A DNA stretch of 64,000 nt, taken from contig NC_086108.1 in NCBI RefSeq assembly GCF_963921235.1, forward strand, positions 26,226,001 through 26,290,000, written 5' to 3'. Under the pieces are notes generated by a model, which saw nothing but the letters and a program-made list of their open reading frames with translations, was not told the DNA's origin and did not search any database. Below are positions 25,206-38,252 of the stretch, one piece after another. Numbering within the stretch: the stretch's first letter is position 1; each line of letters starts with the position of its first letter. The translations under genes were made by a program, and so were the position numbers. Source of the DNA: Mobula hypostoma (Eukaryota).

Positions 25206-25424
25206 ATATTTGTCAGTGTTGAACAGATTGAGTTTGTACATCTGGCAGGAGCAAAGGATCCTGGGAATACAGAGGGTGGGGCACCAAGGAAAGGGTGTGG
25301 GACAGGTGGCAGAGAAGGAGGACCAGGGCAGGGGGTGGTGCGGGTGCAGACACACCCAGCCCTGAGACACCATTTGATTCCAAACAATCAGTTTATTGAC
25401 ATTACAGAATGTCTCTCTGATGCT

Positions 25425-25609
25425 AACACGAGGAAATCTGCAGATGCTGGAAATTCAAGCAACACACACAAAAAATGCTGGTGAACACAGCAGGCCAGGC
25501 AGCATCTATAGGAAGAGGTACAGTCCAAGTTTCGGGCCGAAACGTCGACTGTACCTCTTCCTATAGATGCTGCCTGGCCTGCGGCGTTCACCAACGTTTT
25601 TTGTGTGTC
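25425..25609. mobile_element. Palindromic PLE-derived mini-insertion
   Basis: Centre GTTTCGGGCCGAAAC; TSD TCT(C/T)TCTGATGCT at 25412-25424 and 25610-25622 (one mismatch). Confidence 0.85.
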
Positions 25610-25778
25610 TCTTTCTGATGCTTCCTACTCTCTCCACTCCCTGTTTCCCTTTTCCCAACCATGATTCCCTGCTCTCTGTCCTTTTCTGATTCTCAGTCCT
25701 CAATAAAGACCCATATCGTAATCAGGTTTATCATCAATCACATATGTCATAGAAACATAGAAACATCAAAAACCTATG

Positions 25779-25895
25779 TTGAGCCTGGATGGAACTATAG
25801 TGTTGAATGCTGAACTATAGTCCAAGAACAGCAATCTCACATAAGTATCCTCCTTCTCCAGATGTGTAAAGACAATATGTAGAGCAATGGCTATT
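25779..25895 (-). mobile_element. Short Rex1 RT fragment
   Basis: GTGTTGAATGCTGAACTATAGTCCAAGAACAGC...TCTCCAGATGTGTAAA matches 2818-2890. Confidence 0.7.
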
Positions 25896-25943
25896 TGATG
25901 GCAGTTTGATGTTGTCTTACTCTGTTGTTGCTGCTGCTTGTGT

Positions 25944-28900
25944 TAGAAAATAGAACATAGAACATAGAACATAGAAAACCTACAGCATAATACAGGCCCT
26001 TCGGCCCACAATGCTGTGCCAAACATGTACTTATTTTAGAAATTACTTAGGGTTACCTATAGCCCTCTATTTTTCCAAGCTCCATGTACCTATCCAGGAG
26101 TCTCTTAAAAGACCCTATCATATCTCCAGAGTGAGGGGTCACAGTTTGAGGATTCCAGAATGAGGGGTCACAGTTTGAGGATAAAGGGGAAGCCTTTTAG
26201 GACTGAGATTAGGAAAAACTTCTTCACACAGAGAGTGGTGATTCTGTGGAATTCTCTGCCACAGGAAACGGTTGAGGCCAGTTCATTGGCTATATTTAAG
26301 AGGGAGTTAGATATGGCCCTTGTGGCTATGGGGATCAGGGGGTATGGAGGGAAGGCTGGTGCAGGGTTCTGAGTTGGATGATCAGCCATGATCATAATAA
26401 ATGGCGGTGCAGGCTCGAAGGGCCGAATGGCCTACTCCTGCACCTATTTTCTATGTTTTCTATGTTTTCTATATCCGTATTCACCTCTGTCGCTGGCAGC
26501 CCATTCCACGTGCTCACTACTCTCTGCATTAAAAAAAGTACCCCTGATATCTCCTCTGTACCTACTTCCAAGCACCTTAAGACTATGCCCTCTCATGTTA
26601 GCCATTCCAGCCCTGGGAAAAAGCCTCTATTTATCCACACGATCAATGCCTCTCATCATCTTATACACCTCTATCAGGTCACCTCTCATCCTCCGTTGCT
26701 CCAAGGAGAAAAGGCCGAGTTCACCCAACCTATTCTCATAAGGCATGCTCCCCAATCCAGGCAATATCTTTGTAAATCTCCTCTGCTCACTTTCTATGGT
26801 TTTCACATCTTTCCTGTGGTGAGGCGACCAGAACTGAGCACAGTACTCCAAGTGGGGTCTGACCAGAGTCCTATATAGCTGCAACATTACCTCTCAGCTT
26901 CTAAACTCAGTCCCATGATTGATGAAGGCCAATGTACCATAGGCCTTCTTAACCGCAGAGTCAACTTGTGCAGCAGCTTTGAGTAGCCTATGCACTCAGA
27001 CCCCAAGATCACTCTGATCCTGCACACTGCTAAGAGTCTTACTACTAATACTGTATTCTGTCATCATATTTGACCTACCAAAATGAACCACTTCACACTT
27101 ATCTGGGTTGAATTCCATCTGCCACTTCTCAGCCCAGTTTTGTATCCTATCAATGTCCCGCTGTAACCTCTGACAACCCTCCACACTATCCACAACACCC
27201 CCAACCTTTGTGTCATCAGCAAATTTACTAACTCACCTCTCCACTTCCTCATCCAGGTCATTGATAAAACAAAGAGAAGGGGTCCCAGAACAGATCCCTG
27301 AGGCACTCCACTGGCACCGACCTCCGTGCAGAATATGACTGGTCTACAATCACACTTTGCCTTCTGTGAGCAAGCCAATTCTAGATCCACAAAGCAAGGT
27401 CCCCTTGGATCCCATGCCTCCTTACTTTCTCAAGAAGTCTTGCATGGGTACCTTATCAAAAGCCTTGCTGAAATCCATAGACACTACATCTACTGCTCTA
27501 CCTTCATCAATGTGTTTAGTCACATCCTCCAAAAATTCCATCAGGCTCATAAGGCACAACCTGCCTTTGACAAAGCCATGCTGACTATTCCTCATCATAT
27601 TATGCCTCTCCAAATGTTCATAAATCCTGCCTCTCAGGATCCTTTCCATCAACTTACCAACCACTGAAGTAAGACTCACTGGTCTATAATTTCCTGGGCT
27701 ATCTCTACTCCCTTTCTTGAATAAAGGAACAACATCTGCAACCCTCCAATCCTCCGGAACATCTCCCGTCCCCATTGATGATGCAAAGATCATTGCCAGA
27801 GGCTCAGCAATCTCCTCCCTTGCCTCCCACAGCAGCCTGGGTTACATCCAGCTTATCCAACTTGATGCTTTCCAAAAGCTCCAGCACATCCTCTTTCTTA
27901 ATGTCTATATGCTCAAGCTTTTCAATCCGCTGTAAGTCATCCCTACAGTCACCAAGAACCTCCTATGTAGTGAATACTGAAGCAAAGTATTCATTAAGTA
28001 TCTCTGCTGTCTCCTCCAGTTTCATACACACTTTCTCACTGTCGCACTTGATTGGTCCTATTGTCTCACGTCTTATCCTTCTGCTCCTCACATTCTTCTA
28101 GAATGCCTTGGGGTTTTTCTTAATCCTGCTCGCCAAGGCTTTCTCATGGCCCCTTCTGTCTCTCCTAATTTCATTCTTAAACTCCTTCCTGCTAGCCTGA
28201 TAATCCTCTAGATTTCTATCATTATCTAGCTTTTTGAACCTTTTGTAAGCTCTTCTTTACTTCTTGATTAGATTTTCAACAGCCTTTGTACACCACGGTA
28301 CCTGTACCCTACCATCCTTTCCCTGTCTCATTGGAACATACCTATGCAGAACACCACGCAAATATCCCTTGAACATTTGCCACATTTCTGCCATACATTT
28401 CCCTGAGAACATCTGTCCCCAATTTATGCTTCCAAGTTCCTATCTTGGAAAGATAGCTTCATATTTCCCCTTACTCTAATTAAACGCTTTCCGAACTTGT
28501 CTGTTCCTATCCCTGTCCAATTTTATGGTAAAGGAGATAGAATTATGATCACTATCTCCAAAATGCTCTCCCACTGACAGACCTGACACCTGACCAGGTT
28601 CATTTCCCAATACCAGATCAAGTACAGCCTTGTAAGCTCTTGTAGGCTTATCTACATATTGTGTCAGGAAACCTTCCTGAACACACCTAACACACTGCAC
28701 TCCATCTAAACCCCTTGCTCTAGGGAGATGCCAATCAATATTGGGGAAATTAAAATCTCCCACCATGACAACCCTGTTATTATTACACCTTTCCAGAATT
28801 TGTCTCCCTATCTGCTCCTCTATGTCCCTGTTACTATTGGGTGGTCTATAAAGAAACACCCAGTAGAGTTATTGACCCCTTCCTGTTTCTAACCTCCACT

Positions 28901-30312
28901 CACAGAAACTCAGTAGACAGTCCTTCCATGACTTCCTCCTTTTCTGCAGCCGTGACACTATCTCTGATCAGCAGTCCCACGCCCCCACCACTTTTGCCTC
29001 CCTCCCTGTCCTTTCTTAAACATCTATAGCCTGGCACTTTAAGTAATCATTCCTGCCCCTGTACCATCCAAATCTCTGTAATGGCCACAACATCATCGCT
29101 CCAAGTACTGACCCACTCTCTAAGCTCATCCACTTTGTTCATGATGCTCCTTGCATTAAAATAGACACACCTTAAACCATCAGTCTGAGCGCATCCCTTC
29201 TCTATCACCTACGTATCCTCACTCTCGCACTGTTTCCAAGTTTTCTCTATTTGTGAGCCAACAGGCCCTTCCTCTGTCTCTTCAGTTCGGTTCCCACCCC
29301 CAACAATTCTAGTTTAAACTCTCCCCAGTAGCCTTAGCAAACCTCCCTGCCAGCCTATTAGTCCCCCTCGGATTCAAGTGCAACCCATCTCTTTTGTACA
29401 GGTCACGCCTGCCCCAAAAGAGGTCCCAGTGATTCAGAAATCTGAATCCCCGCCCCCGGCTCCAATCCTTCAACCAGGCATTTATCCTCCACCTCATTCT
29501 ATACTCACTGTCACATGACACAGGCAGTAATCCTGTGATTACTACCTTTGAGGTCCTGCTTCTCAACATCCTTCCTAACTCCCTGTAGTCTGTTTTCAGG
29601 ACCTCTTCCCTTTTCCTACCTATGTAATTGGTACCAATATGTACCACGACCTCTGGCTGTTCACCTTCCCACTTCAGGGTATCATCCTGGAAGCCGGCAC
29701 CTGGGAGGCAAACTACCATCTGCATTTCTTTCCTGTGTCCACAGAATCGCCTGTCTGACACCTAACTATATAGTCCCCTATTACTGCTACCTTCTTTCTT
29801 TCCCTACCCTTCTGAGCCACAGGGCCAGACTCTGTGCCAGAGGCACAGCCACTGTTGCTTCCCCCAGGTAGGTCCCCCCCCCCCAAAAACAGTACTCAAA
29901 CAGGAGTACTTATTGTTAAGGTGGACAGCCACAGGAGTACTCTCTAGTATCTGCCTCTTGCCCTTCCCTCTCCTGACTGTTACCCACTTATCTGTCTCCT
30001 GAGGCCCCGGTGTGACTACTTGCCCATAGCTCCTCTCTATCACCTCTTCACTTTCCCTGACCAGACGAAGGTCATCGAGCTGCAGCTCCAGTTCCCTAAC
30101 CCGGTCCCTAAGGAGCCACAACTCGATGCACCTGGTGCAGATGTGGCCTTCCTGGCTGGGAGTCTCCTGGACTTCCCACATCTGACACCCATTACAGAAT
30201 ACCGGTCTCACAGAAAACTTCCTGTTTCTATTCTTCGCAGATAACCTACCTGGCCTCGACCCATTATCACCAAAGGCCCGTTGAACCAAAGCCCTTCTAC
30301 TCTCTCTCCCAA
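25944..30312 (-). mobile_element. Near full-length degenerate CR1 LINE (ORF1 zinc finger, leucine zipper and SGNH esterase; ORF2 APE and RT)
   Basis: VFCNGCQM...HICTRCIEL..LRDRVRELELQL (29804-30322); CLPGA...VHIGTN...DGLHLN (29309-29761); YRPPNS, GDFNFP, SDH (28476-28859); DFSKAFDKV; (ATAGAAC)n tail near 25950. Confidence 0.93.
26125..26471 (+). mobile_element. Young CR1 3' fragment nested antisense in the older CR1, with a 29-nt duplication at its 5' junction
   Basis: Nearly identical to the reverse complement of 12430-12747; (TTTTCTATG)n tail. Confidence 0.92.
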
Positions 30313-30372
30313 ATGTCATCAAATACGTTTTATTTTTGTGGCAGTAGTATAGTGCAATGCATAAAATTACGA

Positions 30373-30438
30373 CAGTACTGTAGTCTTAGGCACCCTGGTT
30401 ACATATTACATATGTGCCAAAGATTTCTGCACAGTACT
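30373..30438. mobile_element. Tc1/mariner-type mini-MITE of about 66 bp
   Basis: CAGTACTGT..AGTCTTAGGCAC pairs with GTGCCAAAGATTTCTGCACAGTACTG, followed by TA. Confidence 0.6.
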
Positions 30439-31354
30439 GTATCATTTCACAGAGGCTTTGCACCATTCAGTATATGGGCTCCATTGTGCCATCTGGGGTT
30501 AGGCTTCTGTCTCACATGAGTCAGATACATGTGGCATTCTCTAGCGTATGCATTGGTTGCCTAACTGGGAATTCAAATGACCTTTTGCTTAACTTCATAA
30601 TCATTGATCTCAGTCTACTCACAGAATTACTGACAACAATTAATGCAGTCAGCAGATGCCAAAACAGATAGTCTTTTTCCAACAGCTCCAAAGAACTAGT
30701 CATTCTGGTATCACAGCATGGGACCCTCCTTTAATCACAGGACTCTACTTTATCCTATTGGTTCCATTAAGATGGTAGCACACTTAGTCAGGGCAGCCTC
30801 TCCGGGTCCAACAAATGGTGCAAGTGTTTGTCTTCAACGTTCTTTCTTGTGACCACAAAACTCTGTTGGACATTGAGAATAATTAAAATACTTCATCTGG
30901 TTCACTGGTTTATTGGTGAGACCAATGGCAGAGGAGCTGTGTGGCTTCGGGTTGTTGCATGGACCAGTTCTTCGTGCTGTAGCATCGCATGTTGCAGCAC
31001 CCAGGGTAGGAGATGCTGGAGGCATTATGGCAGAGAACCAAGGTGCGGCAGGAATACTGAAATCGTTCTTGGCTAGTGGCAGTCCTCTGCAGGCTGGCTC
31101 ACCCATCAGTGCTGCTCTGCAGTGTTCACTCCTTGGAGGACAAGCTGGATTGTCTTCATCTGCAGCTGACCCAAGGTGACATGAGGAACTGTTGCATGCT
31201 TGTCCTTGCAGAAATATGGCTCCAGGACAACGTAATGTAACGTGAATCTTCAGATGATGTCACTCAGTGACTTGTGCCAATATTATATTGTGACAGAATG
31301 TACAATTGTAACAATATGTGCTGTGTCTGTGTATGACTGTACAGTGTTTTATTT

Positions 31355-32485
31355 TCAGAATCAAAATCAGATTTATTATCATCGGCATGTGTCATGAAAT
31401 TCATTAGCAGCAAAGCATGTTAATATAAAAAAATGAATCAATTACAGTGAGTGTATATATATGTATATTGAATATAGATTAAAAATAGTGCAAACACAGA
31501 AATAATATATATTTTAAAAAGTGAGGTAGTTCATGGGTCAATGTCCATTTAGGAATCATATGACAGTGGGGAAGAAGCTGTTCCTGAATTGCTGTGTGTG
31601 CCCTCAGGCTTCTGTACCTCCTTTCTGACAGTAACAATAAGAGGGCATGTCTTGGGTGATAGGTTTCCTTAATAATGGACATCACCTTTCTGAGGCACCG
31701 CTCCTTGAAGTTGGGTACTATGGAGACTAGTATCAAAGAAAGAGCTAACTAAATTTACAACTTTGGTCCTGTTCAGTAGCCTCCACCCTCCACCCTCACA
31801 CCAGACAGTGATGCAGCTTGTCAGAATACTTTCCACAGTACATCTATGGAAGTTTTCGAGTGTTTTAGTTGACAAACGAAATCTCTTCAAACTCCCAATG
31901 AAATATAGCATTGTCTTGCCATCTTTATAGCTGCATTGATATGTTGGGACCTGGTTAGATCCTCAGAGATCTTGACACCCAGGAACTTGAAATTGCTCCT
32001 TCTCTCCAATTCAGATCCCTCTCTGAGGATTGGTTCATGTCCCTCGTCTTAGTCTTGCTGAAGTCCACAAATAGCTCTTTCATCTTGCTGACATTAGGTG
32101 CAAGGTTGTTGCTGTGACACCACTCAACTAACTGGTATATTTCACTCCTATATGCCCTCTCATCTCCTTCTGAGATTCTACCAACAGTGGTTGCATCATC
32201 AGCAAATTTATTGATGGTATTTGAGCTATACCTAACCACACAGTCATGGGTATAGATTGAGTAGAGCAGTGGGCAAAGCACAGAACCCTGAGGTGCGCCA
32301 GTGTTGATCGTCAGCGTGGAGGCGATATCACCAATCTACACAAATTGTGGTCTTCCAGTAAGGATCCAGTTGCAGACAGAGATACAGAATCTCAGGTTCT
32401 GTAGCTTATTGATTAGGACTGTGGGAATGATGGTGTTAAATACCAAGCTGTAGTAAACGAACAGCATCCTGACATTCATATTTGT
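31355..32485 (-). mobile_element. 5'-truncated Rex1/Babar LINE
   Basis: PLLYSIYTHDCV...KFADDATTVG...YRSEIYQLVEWC (31955-32281); TCAGAATCAAAATCAG tail. Confidence 0.88.
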
Positions 32486-33943
32486 GTTGCACCTTGGCCA
32501 CCAGGGGAACAATGTTTAATTTCGCTGCATATATGTGTATGGTCAATTGACAATTAAACTTCAAAATGAATGACTGCCCTGCTTTGATAGCAGGGTGGCC
32601 CCAGTCCAGTGGACAAACTTGCCTTCTGTTCATATCATGTATCAAACACAAACAGCAATATGTGTCAACAGGAGGCTGCTTTCTGTGAGCTAGCTAGATG
32701 CAGTCTCAAACGTTTGATGTGGCTTTGCTTGCAGTGGGGCTCAGTGAATTCACAGGCTGAACTGTATCATCCTTCTGCACTCTTACTTTTAAGAACAATG
32801 CTCTTTAATAAAGGCGTGTAAGTAAACTCTGAGCAGTTTGGATAACTTGCAAAGTGAATAAATCAGGGCATTCTGGGGCTATGATAGCAGTGGTTCTGAA
32901 GGAAAAATAAGATTACAATGAACAAGAGCAAATATTGAACACCTGCATCCAATGGGAGACTCTTTAAAGCTTCTTCTCATGTACTTCAATAGGCTTTCAA
33001 GTTTTTTGGGCATTATATAACAGCTGAATCACTGTTACGGATGTAAATACTCTTTAAAGCAGCAGCATGATAAATTTATCATTGTTACATTTTCTTACTT
33101 ACAAAATACGATCAGAAAATGATGGTATGTTCTTTATAGCACAATAAGAGCTTCAAGTTCTCAACTGTCTGCAAACTGTCAATGGTACAAGGGAAACAAA
33201 ACAAACAATTCCACATGCATTTCCAGAATCGACCTGGCCCCAAAACTGTCTATATGTCTGAAATTCAATTTTCGCGATGTCTGCTAAGTGGCTTTATGAA
33301 TATTGATATAAGTCTCAAGAGAGGCTGGGTAACACAAGATGAAAACCTTTCACCTGTACACAGTGGTATTAAACTGAGTTTAGTTTCACTAGGCACAAGC
33401 AATCACCGTTACTTTGTCACTGAATGGCACTAAACTGTCAGTCACACTGAAACAGACCACAAAAGTGTCTGATGAAAAAAAATGCCACAGTAATGTAATG
33501 CACAGTTTCTTTCTGAGTTTAAATTCCAAAGGTCATTTGGGGAACATGAGATGCAGAAGCAGGAACAGGTCGTTCAGCCGCACACACTCATTCAATGCAA
33601 TCATGGCTGAAATTCTGCCTCAGCTCAGTAGTCCCCTATGAACCCAGTACCTATTGATTCTCTTAACACCCAACTACAGTATCTATCAAATTTAGTCCTG
33701 AATATACTCAGCAACTGTGACACCACAGTCCTCCCGGGTGGAGAGTTCCAAAGAGTCACCAAACCCTTTCTTCCCATATTTTGAGACTGGACTGCAGGTC
33801 ATGATAATCTGACCAGAACAAGGGGAAATTCATTATGACCTGTATCTTGTCAAGTCCCGGAAAAATTTTGCATGGTCAATTTGACATTGCTTCACTTCAT
33901 TTTAGCCTAGATGACAGAATGCTGGAACATACATAATTGGATG

Positions 33944-34528
33944 TGTAACATACTGTCAGGTTTCACTGCTAATGTAATGGCCTGTCTGTAATGTTTCACT
34001 ATTAAAATAATGGTTCCTCTGTAGCAGCAATGTTTGGGTTATGGCTAGAGATAATGGGGGCTTTGGAATGTATGCTAGCCAATGAGCGGGATGTTGTTCT
34101 TTCTTGTGGATCTGGGAGCAGGAATTTTGCAGTCTTTTGCCGGGGACAGATGAGGAGAGAAGACGTGAATGGAAAGAGTTGGTAGATCACTGGATGGAGT
34201 GGACTTGGAGTGAGGGTCTGAGGGTTGGCTACGCTCGGTGGTTGACGGGGAACAAATGAACGGAACTGTGAGCTCCAACATTGTGCATTACACTATTTCA
34301 TGAGAATGGGCCCTTTTCTTTTTCTTTTTTATTTTCTTTACTAAGATTGAGATTTATAAAGTTCAATTGTTTAATTGCATACGGTGTACTATCTGATATT
34401 TTGCAGTTCAGATTTGTAACCAGGCAACGCATCACATAGCATCCACACAAACGAGATTTCTCAGTTTGGCTGGGCCAGAGGCTGTCTTACCCTAGACAAA
34501 CGTATGCTGGCTGAATCTCAGGGTTACA
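33944..34528. mobile_element. Probable solo LTR (585 bp)
   Basis: Perfect terminal inverted hexamers TGTAAC...GTTACA; 4-bp flanks GATG/TATG (one mismatch); internal CCAAT; no internal coding region adjacent. Confidence 0.65.
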
Positions 34529-36091
34529 TATGTAAGAAGCCAGATAATATCAGCAAAGCCGAGAACAAACTGAAGAGTGGAAACAAATGGTTGAATTAAC
34601 AAAGCATAATTGACTGAGCATTAATTCAGATTCACAAAAAGGTGGGGAAATACTTTTTCAAAGTAAAATAGATTGCATTTTACTTTTCCCTTTTAATTTT
34701 TTCTACTAGTTCAACTCTAGCTCCAGTTGAATGTGTTCCCACATTTACTGAAATTCCCACTTCTCTTTCTTCTTTGTTCCAACTGTTTAGGCAAATGTCA
34801 TTGGACATCTACATGTGATTTCATTCAATCATTAACACAGTAATCTTAGTGTATGTGTTATATTCTAATTGATCTTACAATATGGGATAACGAAGAAGTT
34901 CAGTAAGTTTGATGTCAATGATATGTGATGAATTTTCACTTTCTGGGTCTAGGGGCCTCCTCTTGTTTTACCAAGCATAGCTTTTGAAACACAACAACTG
35001 TTACTAGTGAAGCTCAAACAGTTGTAAGTTAAAGTTCCACCCATATTTATTGTTTAGCTTTTGGTCATAAATGGGAGCCAGTGTTCAGTTCTTAAAATGT
35101 AAGTGGTAAGCAATAATCAGCTTGAAGTTGAAAAAGACACATTTGCAAACAGAAGCATTTTCTATAGAGCAGACGGCTGGCTCATAGCATCTGTCTTATT
35201 GCTGAAAAGGTGCAGTATAAGACAAAAGGTTATTTAATTGGACTCGTTTCAAAACAAACAATGCTGGCTAAGTTGTTTAGTTGAAGGAAGCTTGAAGACC
35301 AGATAGAGGCAATCACAGCATATCAATAACTGCTCTATCAATAAATTAGAAGTTTGTATACTTATGGAGTTGGATTTACAGCATTAATTGTGGAAAGCTG
35401 GGACTGTGTCTCCAAGATGATTTTAGTCCATTTGTGTTAAAAGATATCTGAGGAAATATCACATGTGTGTGAAGTTACCAAAGTGGCAAAGAAACTGTAT
35501 AAATGCAGAGAGCAGTTCAGCTTATTAGTAATCGTGTAAGGGACATAAAAAGTATGAAATAAACATGGGTTGAGCTAGAATCCATTCCTCTGCCTTCAAT
35601 TTTACAACAGATAACTCATTTGTCTGAATCGTCGGTATGTATTTTTAGTTTATAAGAATTGTACCTGTGCTTTGGAAGTGCTTTATGCTTTAGAATTGGT
35701 TTGTAATTTGCAAGTCATTTATAAGACAGAAATACTCTGTGAGTTTTAAATGCATCTGAAGAGGATTGTTTGAACTTAAATGGGTCTCATTGAAATTATG
35801 AACTGTGTGTAAACTATTTTGCTACTTGGAAGTATCTCCTCCTTGATAGGGAGGGAGAATTCACTGCTCAAATAGTGGGTATTGGCAGCTAAACTTACAA
35901 TGGAGAATAAACAGGAAAAGTATCAAGTCTTTGATGACTGTGTAGTTATAGTATAACCTTCCTTTATGGAGGGTACTCATGGCTATTTATATCTGATAGG
36001 GTTTAATGTCTTCATTTGAGTTTAGAACTTTATGGTCAGCACACCCAGTACCATCACAGATTAAAGACCACACTTGAACTTGTGTAATACC

Positions 36092-36325
36092 ACAAGACTA
36101 TAAAACACAGGAGCAGAATCAGGCCATTCAGCCCATCAAGTCTGCTCCGCCACTCCATTATGGCTGATCCTGGATCTCACTCAACCCCATACATCTGCTT
36201 TCTTGCTTTATCCTTTGATACCCTGACCAATTAGGGAATGATCAACTACAGCCTTAAATATACCCATGGACTTGGCCTCCACCGTAGTCTATGACAGAGC
36301 ATTCCACAGATTCACTACTCTCTGA
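36092..36325 (-). mobile_element. CR1 3'-end fragment
   Basis: ACAAGACTATAAAACACAGGAGCAGAATCAGGCCATTCAGCCC...GCATTCCACAGATTCACTACTCTCTG. Confidence 0.75.
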
Positions 36326-36344
36326 TCCCATGGACTTGCTCTAA

Positions 36345-36575
36345 ACACTCATTTCCTCCCATAATCCAAAGGTGTGTGGTTTGAGAGGTTAATTAGCTGC
36401 TAACAAAATTCTGTCCAGTGTAGATGAGTGTTAAGAGGGTCAGAGTGGCCCTGATGAGCATCTGAAAGAGAATAGGTTGCAGGGACATTCTGTAAGTAAG
36501 GTAATTGGACTGATAGGAATGCTCTGAGCAATTGCCTAGACTTGATGGGCCAAATTCTCTCCTTCAGTATTGTCA
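36345..36575 (+). mobile_element. Partial V-SINE-like element
   Basis: TTTCCTCCCATAATCCAAAGGTGTG...AGGTTAATTAGC central block, shared with 40130-40530 and 62865-62940. Confidence 0.5.
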
Positions 36576-37579
36576 GAAAATAGGGTTAGGGTCACTATAA
36601 CCCTAAGGCAAACATGAGGCAGGAGCTGGAAGGACTTGATAAGTTCTTTCCCAGGGGCTTTCCCTTCCATTAGAGGAGATGAAATCAGGGCCCAGGTGTA
36701 CATCTCGCTCAGAGAACAGAAATTCGGACAGTGGTTTATTCTGCAATGCATGTCTTTGAATGTCAGACTTCATTACAAAGGGTACAATTGAACTAGGAAG
36801 CCAAATGATTCAGGATTGAGATGATTAGTAAAAATATGCACAGTGGATTTGGTAAGTTTTATTTTAGATGGCAAGTTTCAGTGATTTCAGTTAATTACCT
36901 GAAATTCTGTGGGAATTTTCGAAAGAAAATAGAATAAATACATTGAAAGGGACATAAAAAGGGAACATAGGAAACAAAGAGAGGGAAGAAGAACTACTCT
37001 AGAGACTTTAACATAGATTCAAATAGTATTATGGTTGAAATTTTGACTGTATGATATGTGTGTAATATTCCATGAATCTGTGTACAAGTCTCTGGAGCAA
37101 ATTAATGCCCTTTTTAGGAAAAATCTGAATGCTGCACTGACCCAAATCTTTAGTGTGTTGATTTAATTTGACAGACCCTACAGGTTCTGTTCTGCCTTTT
37201 ACTTTTGGCAAGAAGGAGGAAAATGTTACAGAACAAAAATAATGATCCAATGGGAAGCAAGTTTGAATATTTCCTCTTATTTGCTGACTGACAGGATTTA
37301 CTTGCTCAAATAATAAACGCATAAGAAAGGTGGAACTACAAAATTAATTAAAACTCTTTAAGATGTAGTTGCGGAGAGATTCAGCAATAATGCATGAACT
37401 CCAAAGTTACTCACTACAAACAATTTGCTGATTGGCCACTAGATTATAAAATTCACCAGAGGCAGAAACGTGGCTATGTATAATCTTTTGACATTATTTA
37501 TTACAAATGCCATTGAACTTTCCTTTTTATTATAAACACTGGCACACTGAGCTTGCTACTAATACTATCCATATTGTTT

Positions 37580-37990
37580 TCTTTGGAGCGGCGAAGGCTG
37601 ACGGGGAATCTGATAGAGGTTTATAAGATTATGAGAGACATGGATATAGTAGACAGGGAGTTATCTTTTTCCCAGGGTAGAAATGTCTAATACCAGAGGA
37701 CATACATTGAAGGTGAGAGGGGGTAGGTTCAAGGAGGATGTGAGGGGAAGATTTTTACTCAGAGAGTGGTGGACACCTGGAATGCGCTGCCTGGTATGGT
37801 GGTACAGGCAAATACATTAGAGGCTTTTCAGAGATGTTTAGATAGGCACATGAGTTTGAGGAAGATGGAGGGATATGCACAATGGGTAGGTAGAAGGAAT
37901 TAGCTTTTGGAGGGCTTTTGGATTTGCCTTTTAACTGGTTCGACACAACATTGTGTGCTGAAGGGCCTGTTCCTAAGCTGTATTCTATAC
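37580..37990 (+). mobile_element. CR1 3' fragment
   Basis: Encodes RRRLTGNLIEVYKIMR; TTTTTACTCAGAGAGTGG; CR1-type 3' UTR. Confidence 0.8.
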
Positions 37991-38067
37991 TTGAGTCTGG
38001 TGATTAGCCTAAATCAATTAACGTTCATTTTTCCCAAATTAGCAAGGCAACCCTCAAGATATATTTT

Positions 38068-38252
38068 AAACCAACAGGATTCTGCAGATGGTAGAAATCT
38101 TGAGCAACACACATAAAGAGCAAGCTCACAAGTTAGGTAGCATCTATTGAGAGGAATATGCATTCAATGTTTCAGGCCAAGACCTTGAAGGGTATGAAGA
38201 TGTTGCCTGACCTGCTGACCAGCTCTGATACCTCTGGTGTGTGATGCTCAAG
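38068..38252. mobile_element. Old degenerate PLE fold-back insertion
   Basis: TCTGCAGATG...CTTGAGCAACACAC left arm, GTGTGATGCTCAAG right arm, turn near GACCTTGAAGGGT. Confidence 0.55.

Noticed and set aside
30830..31330. Overlapping 80-90 aa ORFs
   Set aside because: No motifs; probably part of an unclassified non-coding repeat, with too little support to annotate.
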